Position numbers and translations under genes: made by a program. Of a stretch of DNA of 64,000 nt, positions 18,762 to 29,300 are shown piece after piece. The stretch covers positions 96,001 to 160,000 of the forward strand of contig JBILLK010000016.1 in the NCBI GenBank assembly GCA_044376115.1, given 5' to 3'. Under the pieces are notes generated by a model. That model was not told the DNA's origin and did not search any database. It was given only the letters and a program-made list of their open reading frames with translations. This DNA comes from Polyangiaceae bacterium. GTDB lineage: Bacteria; Myxococcota_A; Polyangia; Polyangiales; Polyangiaceae. Within the stretch, counting starts at the first letter, position 1; every line of letters begins with the position of its first letter.

Positions 18762-20651
18762 ATGACGGGACGAAGCGTAGGAACGGAAGCAACATCGAAG
18801 GACCGCCGCGGCGCCTCGGGCCGCCGAGTGCATTTCGAGGCGATGGTCGCAGTAGGTGGTGCTGACGGAGGCTCGGCCTTCGACGCAGAGAGCGTCGATG
18901 TCTCGGGCGAGGGGATGCGCCTGCGCACGGCCTATCTGCCAGCCGTCGGGGATCAGCTCGTGTGCCGCTTTGAGGCCGCTGACGGTGAAGTCTGCGCCAT
19001 CGGCGAAGTGACCTGGGCCAACGAAGAGTCGCGTGGTGGCGAGTTCGGGCTCAAGTTCGTCGATCTCGACGACGAGACCCGCGAAGCGCTGGCCAAGCTG
19101 TGCTCCGACGGTCTCGAGGAAGAGCCGGTTCGCGAGGAGCCGAAGGTCGCCAAGAACGCGCGCATCAAGCTGCACATCGAGGGCTTGGCCTCACCGATGA
19201 AGGCTCGCGTTCGCGAGGCTGATTCGAAGTCGGCCAGCGTTGGCTCGTCGCTCGAGTTCTTGAAGCTCGGCCGTCAGGTCGAGGTCGAGGACGTCGATGC
19301 TGGCGATCGCCGCGAAGGGTTCGTCGACGGCGTCAAGGTCGAGGTCGACCCGAAGACCAGCATCCCGCAGCTCGTGGTTTCGTTGCGCTTCGAGGCGACG
19401 CGCGGCGTCGCTGCACCGGCCGCCGCCAAAGAGGAGAAGCTGGCGCTCAAGCTCGAAGACGAGAAGGGTCCGGACACTGTGATCGCCGGACCGCGCGCGT
19501 CGCAGCCGCCGAAGAGCATGGCCAAAGCCGAGGCCCCCAAAGCCTCTGCGCGTAAGGTCGTCGCGGCCGAACCGGAGGTCGCCGAGGCCGAGTCTGAGTC
19601 TGAGTTCGACGATGCCGAGCTCGGCTTGTCCAATAAGCGCGGCGAACAGATGAAGAACGCTGCCAAGGAGCTTTCATCGAAGGCGCGCTCCACCTTCAGC
19701 AAAGCCACCGAAGGCGCCAGCGGCCTGTTCTCGCGGATGCGCCAAGCGGTCGCTGAGAAGCGTGAGTCGCGTGCTCGCGAAGCGAAGGACAACCAGCCCC
19801 GTCGCGTGACCGCCCCGCCTCCGTCGGGCGCGCTCACCAGCACCGGTCGTCGCGTGGTCCGTCAAGAAAAGGAGACCGAAGAGGCGGACAAGGAAGTCAC
19901 GCTGCCGGTCAAATCCAAGAAGCCCCTCTACATCGGCATTGGCGCCGCGCTGTTGCTCGTCTCCGGCGTGGTCGTGGCCTCCAACTCGTCGTCCAAGCCC
20001 ACCACCGCTGCGGCTCCCAAGCCCGCCGTGACCGAGCAGGCCAAGCCCACCGGCCTCCCGCCGATCCCCGGCTCGCCGGCTGTCGCCGAGGTCCCCCTCT
20101 ACGGTGCGACGCCGCTCTCAACCACCGAACAGGTTCTCCCCGCTGAAGCGGGTGGCACCGCGGCTCCCAACCCGAAGGCTTCGGAGCCCACCGACGACGG
20201 TGAAGACGCCGACGGCGAAGAGAAGAGCGAGCTCGTCAAAGAGTTCGGCCAGGGTTCGGTCAAGAACGCCAAGATCCTGAAGGTACGTCTCGACGGTCCA
20301 GTCGCTGGTTTCACCGCGACCGAGAACGACGACGGCTTCACCATCACCGTGCCCAAGCGCAAGAGCACCTCGACGAGCTCTGCGCTGGTGCGCAAAGACA
20401 AGCGTCTCTCCGCCGTGGACGTGGTCAACCGCGAGGACGCCGCCGAGATCGTCGTGAAGTTCAAGGGCGATGTCCCGGGCTACAAGGCGAAGGTTCGCGG
20501 GGACCGAATCGAGATCGCTCTCTCCAGCGAGAGCGGTGGTGGGGACTCGGAGGCTGCACCGAAGAAGGTCGCCAAGAAGTCGGACAAGAAGACCGACAAG
20601 AAGCCTGCCGCCAAGCAGCCGAAGAAGAAGACGCCCGCGAAGGCGAACTGA
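18762..20651 (+). CDS. PilZ-domain single-pass membrane protein with periplasmic AMIN-like domain
   Basis: GAGGAG RBS; Arg-rich switch RRGASGRRV plus DVSGEG (D/NxSxxG) and EFGLKF; charged linker; one TM; C-terminal beta domain and Lys-rich tail. The AMIN call is tentative. Confidence 0.75.
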   Translation: MTGRSVGTEATSKDRRGASGRRVHFEAMVAVGGADGGSAFDAESVDVSGEGMRLRTAYLPAVGDQLVCRFEAADGEVCAIGEVTWANEESRGGEFGLKFVDLDDETREALAKLCSDGLEEEPVREEPKVAKNARIKLHIEGLASPMKARVREADSKSASVGSSLEFLKLGRQVEVEDVDAGDRREGFVDGVKVEVDPKTSIPQLVVSLRFEATRGVAAPAAAKEEKLALKLEDEKGPDTVIAGPRASQPPKSMAKAEAPKASARKVVAAEPEVAEAESESEFDDAELGLSNKRGEQMKNAAKELSSKARSTFSKATEGASGLFSRMRQAVAEKRESRAREAKDNQPRRVTAPPPSGALTSTGRRVVRQEKETEEADKEVTLPVKSKKPLYIGIGAALLLVSGVVVASNSSSKPTTAAAPKPAVTEQAKPTGLPPIPGSPAVAEVPLYGATPLSTTEQVLPAEAGGTAAPNPKASEPTDDGEDADGEEKSELVKEFGQGSVKNAKILKVRLDGPVAGFTATENDDGFTITVPKRKSTSTSSALVRKDKRLSAVDVVNREDAAEIVVKFKGDVPGYKAKVRGDRIEIALSSESGGGDSEAAPKKVAKKSDKKTDKKPAAKQPKKKTPAKAN

Positions 20652-20674
20652 CCGCGCCGCCGACGGTGTCGGCC

Positions 20675-21895
20675 TCAGACGGTTGCTTGAGCCGAATCGG
20701 CGCTTTCGAAGAAGGCGTCGATTTCGGCCTTTTGTGCCTCGGCGTCGGCGCGCCCAATCTCGATCAAGCGGCGCGCGAAGGCGCCGTCGAAGAGCAGGTA
20801 GCTCGCGAGATCGGCGTCGGAGGCTGCGCCGACGTCGAGCAGCCCGAGCAGCGCACGCAGCGCTGGTCCGCCGCGCAGTGCACCGGTACGCAGTTGCGCC
20901 TGCGCGAGCTTGCCGAGATCCTCCGAGGGCCGAATCACCAGCTTGGTCACGCGGCGATAGAGCGGGTGACCTTGCGCCTCGGCCACGCGATTGATGCGCT
21001 CGAGGAACTCGGGACCGAAGGCCTCGTTGCCGTGGTCGATCAGCTTGTTGACCCGATCGAGCACCTCGAAGTCGGAGGTGACGTGGTCCAACAGGAAGGC
21101 GTTCATGATCTTGCCGACCACGTAGGAGACGTTGGGCGGCGCCTGCGAGCCGGTGGGCGTCGCCTCGTTGCCCTCCGACGAAAGCCCGATCGCAAACACG
21201 TGCGTAGCGCCCAAACGCAACGCAGGTGCGATCGGCGTGTTCTGCCTCACGCCGCCATCCATATAGAGGTGCGAACCGATACGCACTGGCGGAAAGAGCA
21301 CCGGGATCGCCGCTGAAGCGAGCGCATGAATCGGGCCCACGCGTGACGCTCGCAAGACGGTGCGCGGCGGCATCGTCGGCAGCGGGACACCGGGCGCCGT
21401 CTGCATGAATAGCGTCGTCTTGCCGCTCGCCATCTCGGTCGCCGAGACCGAGAGGGCGAGCAACCGGCGCTCGCGAAAGGAGCGTGCGATCGCGCGCCAC
21501 AGCACCTCTCGCTCGACCAATTGCGCCATGGGCGTGACGTCGAAAACGCCGGCTGCGTCCTTGCCGCCACCGCGCAGCAGCCTCGGCAGCGAGGCCATCT
21601 GCACCGCGCCAAAGCGCAGCACCTCATCCATGTGGATGTCCGACCAAAGATTGGCCAGCCTGCGAACGCCCACTGAAGGATCGATCAAGTGGGACGCGAG
21701 GAAGCAGCCGTTGATGGCGCCGACGCTGGTACCCAAGATCAAATCGAGCCGCGGATTGCGCCTGCGCACGCGCGCAAAATGATCGAAGACGTAGGCGAGA
21801 ACGCCCACCTCGTAGGCGCCGCGCGCGCCACCTCCGGAGAGGATGAGGGCCACACGGGAGGACTCGGGCGAGCGGTCGGTCAAGGGCTGGTTCAC
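20675..21895 (-). CDS. Patatin-like phospholipase
   Basis: GGGARG, GTSVG nucleophile elbow, ASAAIP, DGG. Confidence 0.93.
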   Translation of the reverse strand: MNQPLTDRSPESSRVALILSGGGARGAYEVGVLAYVFDHFARVRRRNPRLDLILGTSVGAINGCFLASHLIDPSVGVRRLANLWSDIHMDEVLRFGAVQMASLPRLLRGGGKDAAGVFDVTPMAQLVEREVLWRAIARSFRERRLLALSVSATEMASGKTTLFMQTAPGVPLPTMPPRTVLRASRVGPIHALASAAIPVLFPPVRIGSHLYMDGGVRQNTPIAPALRLGATHVFAIGLSSEGNEATPTGSQAPPNVSYVVGKIMNAFLLDHVTSDFEVLDRVNKLIDHGNEAFGPEFLERINRVAEAQGHPLYRRVTKLVIRPSEDLGKLAQAQLRTGALRGGPALRALLGLLDVGAASDADLASYLLFDGAFARRLIEIGRADAEAQKAEIDAFFESADSAQATV

Positions 21896-24800
21896 GGTGG
21901 GCGTCGAGAGTCGTTGTTCGTATTGGAGGCGGGAGAATCGGAGGGCCGGAGCGGCCGATCGGAAAGCAGGTTGGGCGCAGCCTGCGGAAATGATTCGGCC
22001 TCGACCAGGATGCGGCGCACGATCGGCCGGGCCAGGAACATCGCCTCGAGCTCGGGATCACGGATGAACGCTGCCACCTTGCGGATGTGCGCCAGCGCAC
22101 GTTTGTAAGCGTCTTCGGTCGACTGCGGCGAGCCGCGCCGAATCGCATCACAAGCCAGCGCGCGAATCTCCAGGCCGTACTCCGAGCCGCCGCAGTTCTC
22201 CACCGCACCGAAGGCCGTCCGCGCCAAGAGGACGCCGGTGTGATGCTCGCCAACGTCCACGCGCGCGGCAGCTTCCACCGCCGTCGCGTAGATGTGAAAG
22301 CTCACCAGCGCCTGCGCCTCGGCCGTCTGCCTTGCCTCCGAAGCAAAGCCGATCGCCGCTTGTGAATCTCCGCTCAGCCGGGCCAAACACGCGCGAATGA
22401 TGCGCTCGTGCACCAAGTCGTAGACGCTGCCAGTGACCGCCACCAGCGCACCTGCGTCGCCTACCAACGTATGTGCTGCGTCGGCGTCGCCGGCCTCGAG
22501 CAGGATCCCAGCAGTGCACAAGAGCGTATCGGCGCGCGAGTCTTGATCGGCGTAACGCTCGTGCGCTTCGCGTGCTCGGCGCAAAAAGGAGAGCCCGCGC
22601 GAGAGGTCGCCCAGCCGGGCGTAGGCCTGCCCGACGTTGCTCATGGTCTTGGCGATCTGAAAGCGCCCGCCGATCGAAAGATCGATACGCACCGATTCGA
22701 GGCCGAGCGCGATCACGTCCTCGAATCGTTCGAGCACAAACATTGCGAAGGCCAACGAAGTGATGACGCGGGCTTCGCTGCGGCGCGCCCCGACTGCGCG
22801 AAATACGGCCAACGCATCGATGTACGAGCGCACCGCTTCCTCGACCCGACCGACGTAGCGCAGCAGCACGCCTTTGGTGCGCATGACCTCGGCGCGCAGC
22901 CGCGGTTGCAAACGCCCGCCATCCGAAACCTCTAGCGCTCGATCACACGCGGCGATCGCGCCGGAGGTGTCACCGAGATCGCGAAGGATCTCCGAGAGCA
23001 CGATCAGCGCCTCGACCTCGAGCGTCGCGTTCTTCGCCATGCGGGCGATTTCCGCTGCGCGTTGGGCGATCGGCAGACCGCGCGCGAGCACGCCTTCATC
23101 GAGCTCGAGGCGCGCCGTTCGAATCAGGGCCAAGGCGGCCCACTTCGCCTGGCCGGTGCGGCGAGCGAGCTTGCGCATCGCCGAAAGATGGGTGCGCCGC
23201 TCGCGTCTTCGGCCGAGGTAGCGGTAGATCGCCTCGAGCGATTCGTGGGCCTGGAGCCGTAGCGGATCTTGCGAGGGCAGCAGTGAGAGCGACCGCAGAT
23301 AGTAGCGTTGCGCGAGTTGCGCCTGGTTGGTGTTGCGCGCCGCCGATGCGGCCTCGAGGTAGAGCAACGCGGCTTGTTGCGGCGCTTCACCGCGCGCCAA
23401 GTGGCGCGCCACGATCGATGCTGAGAGCCCTTGGGCCAACGGCGTCGTCGCCAAATGCTCGCCCAACAGTCGGTGCATGCGCGTGCGGTTGGGCGCATCC
23501 AGCGCCAAATAAGCGACGTCTCGCGCGAGCGGATGCCGAAAGTCCACCACGCCATTACGACGATCACACATGCCGCGGGCGCACAAGCGAGTGATGGCTT
23601 CGTCGTCTTTGGTGTGCGTGAGCGCGAGCAGATCCGACTCGAGCAGTGGACCGCCGGCGACCGCCAACCAGTCGACTACGTCGTGCTCGACCGGCGGTAG
23701 CTCGCGGATGCGATCACCGATCAGTTGTTCGAGCGTGGACGGTAGCGCCTCCTTTTGGTCGGCCAGGGCGCGCTCGTTCCGCCGCAGTTCATGTTTTCCG
23801 CCGTCTTTTTCGACGATCTCGAGCGTGCCGCGTTCGAGCAGCGCATCGACCATCTCCAAGAGAAAGAACGGGTTCCCGACGACGCGCGGCAAGAGCTCGG
23901 CGCATACCTGCGAGACGCCGTCGCGTACGCCGAGGCGCGCCTCCACCAAACGCACCTGCTCCTCGGCCGAGAGGCCGCGGAGCTCGATGCGGACCATGCC
24001 CTCGATGAAAGGCGTTACGCGATCATCGGGCCGCGTGACCAGCAGCACCAAAATCGGCAACAGCTCCTCGCGGCGCAGCAGCTCCTGCACCACCTCCAAG
24101 CTCGCCCGATCCGCCCAACTAAGTCCGTCGATCAGGATCACCAGCGGCTGCTCGAGCGCGAGCGCTCCGAGCAGTACACGCAGCGCGATCAGCAGCACGT
24201 CACGGCGGTAGTGCCCGCCTTCCTCCTCAGCGGCCCCCGGGCCTTGTTTGCCCGTCGCGACCTCGGCCAGGCGGAACACGAGTCGTTCGCTGGAGACCGT
24301 CTTGAGCGAGACCTGGCCGAGCAAGCCGCGGAACACCGCCGCTGCTTCATCGAGCGAATGGTCCACGCCGACGCCGGTCGCTTCGCGCAACAAATCGCAC
24401 AGCGTCGACATCGGGATCTCGCTCTTGATCGGCGAACACTCGATCGAGAGGATGCGCGTGTCGCGCGGCAGCTCGCCGAGGAAGGTGGCGATCAGCGCCG
24501 TCTTGCCGATGCCCATCTCGCCGATCACCAGCCGTGAAATCAGCCGTCCACGCGGAGCCGCCGGGCGCGAGGTGAGGGGAGGGACGGTTGACAGGCGCTC
24601 CTTCGGAACCTCGCTGATCAACGGCGAAATGGCGCGATGGTAGGCCGCGTGCAAGTCGGCCTTCTCTGCGTCACGACCCACGAGGTCATTGGGTGCCAGC
24701 GCCATCTCGACGGCGCGTTCTTCACGCGTGAGCGGCCGTATCAAGGCGTACGTGCGCATCGTACGCGGCGCTCCGCGCGGCTCGGCCTCTTCGAGCTCGA

Positions 24801-26376
24801 GCGTGGGGGCGTCGCCCCAGCGGAAATCTCGCCGCACCAAGCGATAGAGCCCGCCCGCGACCCAGGTCTTCCCCAAGGGCGCGCGCTGCCCGAGCCGGTC
24901 CACCAAGTACGAGACTGGGTCTTGCAGTTGATGGTCGACGAGCTGCCCGTCCGAATCGCGGTAACCAACGGCGATACCGCGCACGATGCCGATCGCCGAT
25001 GCGACGCGCTTGGGTAGATCTTCCGAAGCGCCCGCAAGCGCCTCGTGCACGTCGACTGCGAGCGAGGCCGCATCAAACGCCGCGCGCGCAGGGTTGGCGA
25101 GCAGCCCGACGATGCCGATGCTCAGCGTTGGCAACGTGTCTTTGGCGCTGGCTTCAGGCCACATCCAGCGTGCGCCGCGCTTGTAGGCGATGTGATCGAG
25201 CGTCGTGCGCAAGTTTTCGCAGGCGCGTCGAAACGGGATTTCTCCGAGCGATTCGGCCAGTTCCTCGAGCCCTTCGATGCGCAGGGCCAGCACCGCAACA
25301 TGGCGCACCTCGCGCGGTCTGCGGCCGCGAGGTGCTTCGTCGCGGTCGATGATGACGTTGCCTCTTCGCTGGGGTACGGCCGCTAGGGTTTGCTGCGCCG
25401 GATCGGGACCTTGCGGCGGGGAGCTGGGAAGCGCCGAGCTGCGGCCGAGCAACATCGTCACCACGGCCTCGACGCTGGAGGCGTCCACGAGCTCCTGCTT
25501 CGCTAGCAGCGCTCGCCCGATCGCGCCGGCCATGTCGCGAGCGGTTTGGTATCGGTCCTCTTTGGCCCGACTCATCGCGCGCAGGACGATCGCCTCGAGC
25601 TCAGGCGGGAGGTCTGGGCAGTGGGCGCTCGGCGGCGAGAACTTACCCTCCTTGACCGCCTCCAAGAGCTCGTCATCCGGGGGCTTTTGTGGAGGGTCGC
25701 CCGGGAGAGCGTAGGGAGATCGCAGGGTCAGCGTCTCATACAGCACCACGCCCAAGCCGTAGATGTCGCTGCGTCGATCGACGCGTTCCCCACGCGCTTG
25801 TTCGGGGGACATGTAGCCGAATTTGCCTTTGAGCGTGCCTGGCTCTTCACGGAACAGGTTGGCGCTGGCGATGCCGAAGTCGGCGATCTTCACTGCGCCT
25901 TCCGCCGATAGCAGGATGTTCTGCGGCGAGACGTCGCGGTGGACGATGGCGAGCGGCGCACCGCCCTCATCGCGACGTTCGTGCGCGTAGTGAAGCCCTT
26001 TGGCGGCCTCCGAGACGATGTAGGCCGCCGTCCATGGAGCGATCCGCGTGCCCTTCTGGCGCGCTGTCGTCATCAAGCGACCGAGGTCGTAGCCCTCGAC
26101 GTGCTCCATCGCGAGCAGCAGGCCGTCATCGCCCTGATCGATGAACTCATAGACCTGGACGATGTTCGGGTGATTCAGCCGCGTCGCGAGGTGCGCCTCC
26201 TCGACGAACATGGTGCGAAACCGGCGCGACTTGGAGTGCGCCGGATGAATCCGCTTGAGCACCAACAGCTTGAAGGTGCCTTCGGCGCCTTCTTTCTTCG
26301 CGAGGAAGACCTCCGCCATCCCACCGGCGCCGAGGCGCTTGAGGATCTCGAAGTTCGCGAAGCGCTCGGGAGTCAT
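21892..26376 (-). CDS. Ser/Thr kinase - degenerate cyclase-like domain - AAA/STAND ATPase - TPR protein
   Basis: GAGGMA, HRDVSPQN, DFG, YMSPE; P-loop GEMGIGKT; VILIDGLSWAD; GNPFFLLE; FRHPL; helical repeats at the C-terminus. Confidence 0.9.
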   Translation of the reverse strand: MTPERFANFEILKRLGAGGMAEVFLAKKEGAEGTFKLLVLKRIHPAHSKSRRFRTMFVEEAHLATRLNHPNIVQVYEFIDQGDDGLLLAMEHVEGYDLGRLMTTARQKGTRIAPWTAAYIVSEAAKGLHYAHERRDEGGAPLAIVHRDVSPQNILLSAEGAVKIADFGIASANLFREEPGTLKGKFGYMSPEQARGERVDRRSDIYGLGVVLYETLTLRSPYALPGDPPQKPPDDELLEAVKEGKFSPPSAHCPDLPPELEAIVLRAMSRAKEDRYQTARDMAGAIGRALLAKQELVDASSVEAVVTMLLGRSSALPSSPPQGPDPAQQTLAAVPQRRGNVIIDRDEAPRGRRPREVRHVAVLALRIEGLEELAESLGEIPFRRACENLRTTLDHIAYKRGARWMWPEASAKDTLPTLSIGIVGLLANPARAAFDAASLAVDVHEALAGASEDLPKRVASAIGIVRGIAVGYRDSDGQLVDHQLQDPVSYLVDRLGQRAPLGKTWVAGGLYRLVRRDFRWGDAPTLELEEAEPRGAPRTMRTYALIRPLTREERAVEMALAPNDLVGRDAEKADLHAAYHRAISPLISEVPKERLSTVPPLTSRPAAPRGRLISRLVIGEMGIGKTALIATFLGELPRDTRILSIECSPIKSEIPMSTLCDLLREATGVGVDHSLDEAAAVFRGLLGQVSLKTVSSERLVFRLAEVATGKQGPGAAEEEGGHYRRDVLLIALRVLLGALALEQPLVILIDGLSWADRASLEVVQELLRREELLPILVLLVTRPDDRVTPFIEGMVRIELRGLSAEEQVRLVEARLGVRDGVSQVCAELLPRVVGNPFFLLEMVDALLERGTLEIVEKDGGKHELRRNERALADQKEALPSTLEQLIGDRIRELPPVEHDVVDWLAVAGGPLLESDLLALTHTKDDEAITRLCARGMCDRRNGVVDFRHPLARDVAYLALDAPNRTRMHRLLGEHLATTPLAQGLSASIVARHLARGEAPQQAALLYLEAASAARNTNQAQLAQRYYLRSLSLLPSQDPLRLQAHESLEAIYRYLGRRRERRTHLSAMRKLARRTGQAKWAALALIRTARLELDEGVLARGLPIAQRAAEIARMAKNATLEVEALIVLSEILRDLGDTSGAIAACDRALEVSDGGRLQPRLRAEVMRTKGVLLRYVGRVEEAVRSYIDALAVFRAVGARRSEARVITSLAFAMFVLERFEDVIALGLESVRIDLSIGGRFQIAKTMSNVGQAYARLGDLSRGLSFLRRAREAHERYADQDSRADTLLCTAGILLEAGDADAAHTLVGDAGALVAVTGSVYDLVHERIIRACLARLSGDSQAAIGFASEARQTAEAQALVSFHIYATAVEAAARVDVGEHHTGVLLARTAFGAVENCGGSEYGLEIRALACDAIRRGSPQSTEDAYKRALAHIRKVAAFIRDPELEAMFLARPIVRRILVEAESFPQAAPNLLSDRPLRPSDSPASNTNNDSRRPP

Positions 26377-29300
26377 CGCGATTGCGTTACTCCACCCCGA
26401 AGCGCGAGCTCTTTGGCTGCGCGGCTCGTCTTGGCGCCAATCGAGGAGAGGCTGGCTCGCCAGGTTTCAACGCGCGTGCCAGCAGGCTTGGGCCAGCCCA
26501 TCTCCGCGTAGCGGTTCAGCAGCATCGGCGTGTGATCCCCGGTGCGGATGGGATCTTTGAAGGCCGCGCGCGCAGCGTCGAGCTCGCGGCCAGCTTCGTG
26601 GAAGCGCCCTTCGTGATAGGCGAGCCACGCCTTGGTCAGATGACGGTGCTGTTTGGGCTCCGACTCGACCAGCGCCACCGCCTCGCAAGCGATCAGATGC
26701 TCGCGGGCGGCCTCTGCGTCTCCGCGGCATAGCCCGATTTGTGCGAGTAGGAGCCTCACCTCGACCTGGCCCCAGGGATCGGCGAGTTTGTCGAACAAGA
26801 ACGCCGCAGCTCGCGCGTGTTCGTCGGCCACATCGATCTGCTCGCTGTCGATCGCGATCATCGTCAAGATGCGTTCGCAGCCTGCCTCGCCGCGCGGGTT
26901 CGCCAAATCGCGGAACGCCTGGCGGGCCGAGAGCGCGACCTCGCGAGCGTCTTGCCACAGCCCCTCGCGGTGATCGGTATGGGCCATGGTCAAGTCGGAT
27001 TGCGCCATGCCCAGCCGGTAACCGATCGACTCGAACTCTTGGCGAGCGGTGAGGATGGTCGGGCGCGTGGAGGCCGCGCCTCCCGCCGCTTGCTCGATGA
27101 AGACCTGCACCACGAGGCTCTGTGCGTAGCCGAGCCGATCCCCGACGCGCATGAAGCGCGCACAAGCGCTGGTGATCACCTGCCGAGCGCGCGCGTGGTC
27201 GCCCATCAGGAAGTCGATCTCGCCCAGCGTTACTTCGCACTGCGCCGCGCCGTGATCATCCCCGAGCTCCTCGAAGATGGCTAGGCCGCGCGAGACCAAG
27301 CGACGTCCAAGCGCCGGAGCGGCCTGATCACTCGCGATATGGCCGAGCAGCCGAAGACAGGTCGCTTCACTGCGTTTGTCACCCAGCTCTTGGAACACCT
27401 GGCGAGCAGCGTCCCCTTCACGCCGTGCGTCTTCGAGTCGCCCGGCGTGCCGCAGCGCCTCTCCGCGCCAAAGATGTTGCACGGCCGAGTTGCGGCCTTC
27501 GAGCCGCCCATCGAGCAGCGCGAGGTCACGGAGTGTCGCCGCCGTCTCGCGAGAGCGGCCCCAGTTCGCCGCGATGAAGCTGTGCAGCAGCTCGGCGGCG
27601 CTATCTACCGCACCGGCGCGGATCAGATTGACTACGCGGTGTCGCACGATGCGACGGGTCTGCGCGGAAGGATGGTGCCCGAGCGCGTCTGCGGCCGCAC
27701 GAAAGATCTGGCCTGCGTCGGGGCGTGAAAAGAGCTGCGTTAGCAGATGTTCCTGCAGCAGCGCGTGCGGCCAGCGAAGCCGCTCGGTGCCGGAGCCTGA
27801 GAGAATTTGCGCTCGCTTGAGCACCGCGATGGCACGCATGCCGTCGATACCGAGCAGCTCGTACTCAGCGCGGAGCACGTCCCTTCGAATATCACCACCG
27901 AGGGCTGCCGCGGCCAAAGCGGCCCGACGGAACTCCTCGGGAACGGCGCCGAGACGCTCTTCCCAAAGGTCCGCCGTGGTGCTGGCGCGGGTCGCTAGTG
28001 AGGCCTTCGGTACGTGATAGAGCCCGTCCCTCATTTCGAGGTGACCGCCCATCGCCCACGCGTGCAGCAGCTGCAGCGCGAACAGCGGGTTGCCTTTGCT
28101 ACGAGCCGCAGCTTCCGCTGCTGCTGCGTCGTCGAGCGGTAGCGTCTCACGCAACAGCGAGTGCGTGCGGTCGGAGTCGAGCGGCAACACTTCCAGCCGC
28201 TCGCCTCCGACGGCGGCCATCATCGCGTCGAGCCGCTCGGCGTTCTGCGGCTCCGCGACCACCGCCTCGGTGCGCACGGTCGCAACCACCAGCACGCTGA
28301 GCTTGTCGCTCTCGAGCAGGAGGCGCGCGATGTTCTCGTAGGTTCCCGGGGGCGCGAGGTGAATATCGTCCATCCACAACAGGATCGGCCGATCGAAGGC
28401 GATACGTTCGAGCGTGCGACGCATCACCAGCCAGCGCAGCTCGGGGTGATCTAGCGCGAAGCGCTTGCCGCTCGGTCCGACCTTTGCGCCAGGCGCAGCC
28501 GGACAAAGCCACTCGGCGGCCGCCGCGACCCAGGTGGTGCCATCGTCGTCCTTGAGGTCGACGCCCCACAGGTTCATCAGCACCTTTTCCACGACATCGC
28601 GTTCGGCTCGCTCGAGCCGATAGTGTTGCGTGATTGCTCCCACCACGCCGTCGAGCGGAGCTGGGATCCTGCGATAACGAGCGCGCAGCGGGATCATCAG
28701 CCCGAGCTCATGCACCTCTTCGCATAGCCACTCGGCGATGCGGCTCTTGCCCACGCCGGCTTCACCGGTGAGCAACGCGAGCGCGCGCGCCCCCTTGTTC
28801 TTGCCGCGATCCGCGAAGGCCGTGGCGACGTTGCGCGTCATCGTCAGCAGCCTTTGGCGCTCGTCTTCACGGGCAACGAACGGGCTCGGCCGCAACGCCA
28901 GCAGCCCAGCCGCAGGCGGTGAGGGCGGCAGCTCGTTTTGGAGGCTCTCCGGCAGGATGCTCAGGTTGCGCGACGAGCGCATCGCCTTCTGCGGCTTGCC
29001 CGAGGTCGGCACCGGAGTGCTGGTAGCCGATGCGGCCTCGCTCGGCTTGAACGCTCGCCAGGCGCGACGCGCGTCGGCGGTCATCATGAAGCGATGCCAA
29101 GGTCGTTTGGCCATCAGTCGTTTGGTGAACGCTCCTACCTCGCGCGGGGCGCCCGGCGGAATGCCCGGTTCCGGCACAGGCGCATTGCGGTGCTGCGCGA
29201 GCAGCTCTTCATTGGTGCCGGTGTACGGCTCGCGGTTCGACAGCAGCGCAAACAGGATGCAGCCCAGCGCGTACAGGTCCGTCGCCGCGCCGATATGCGG

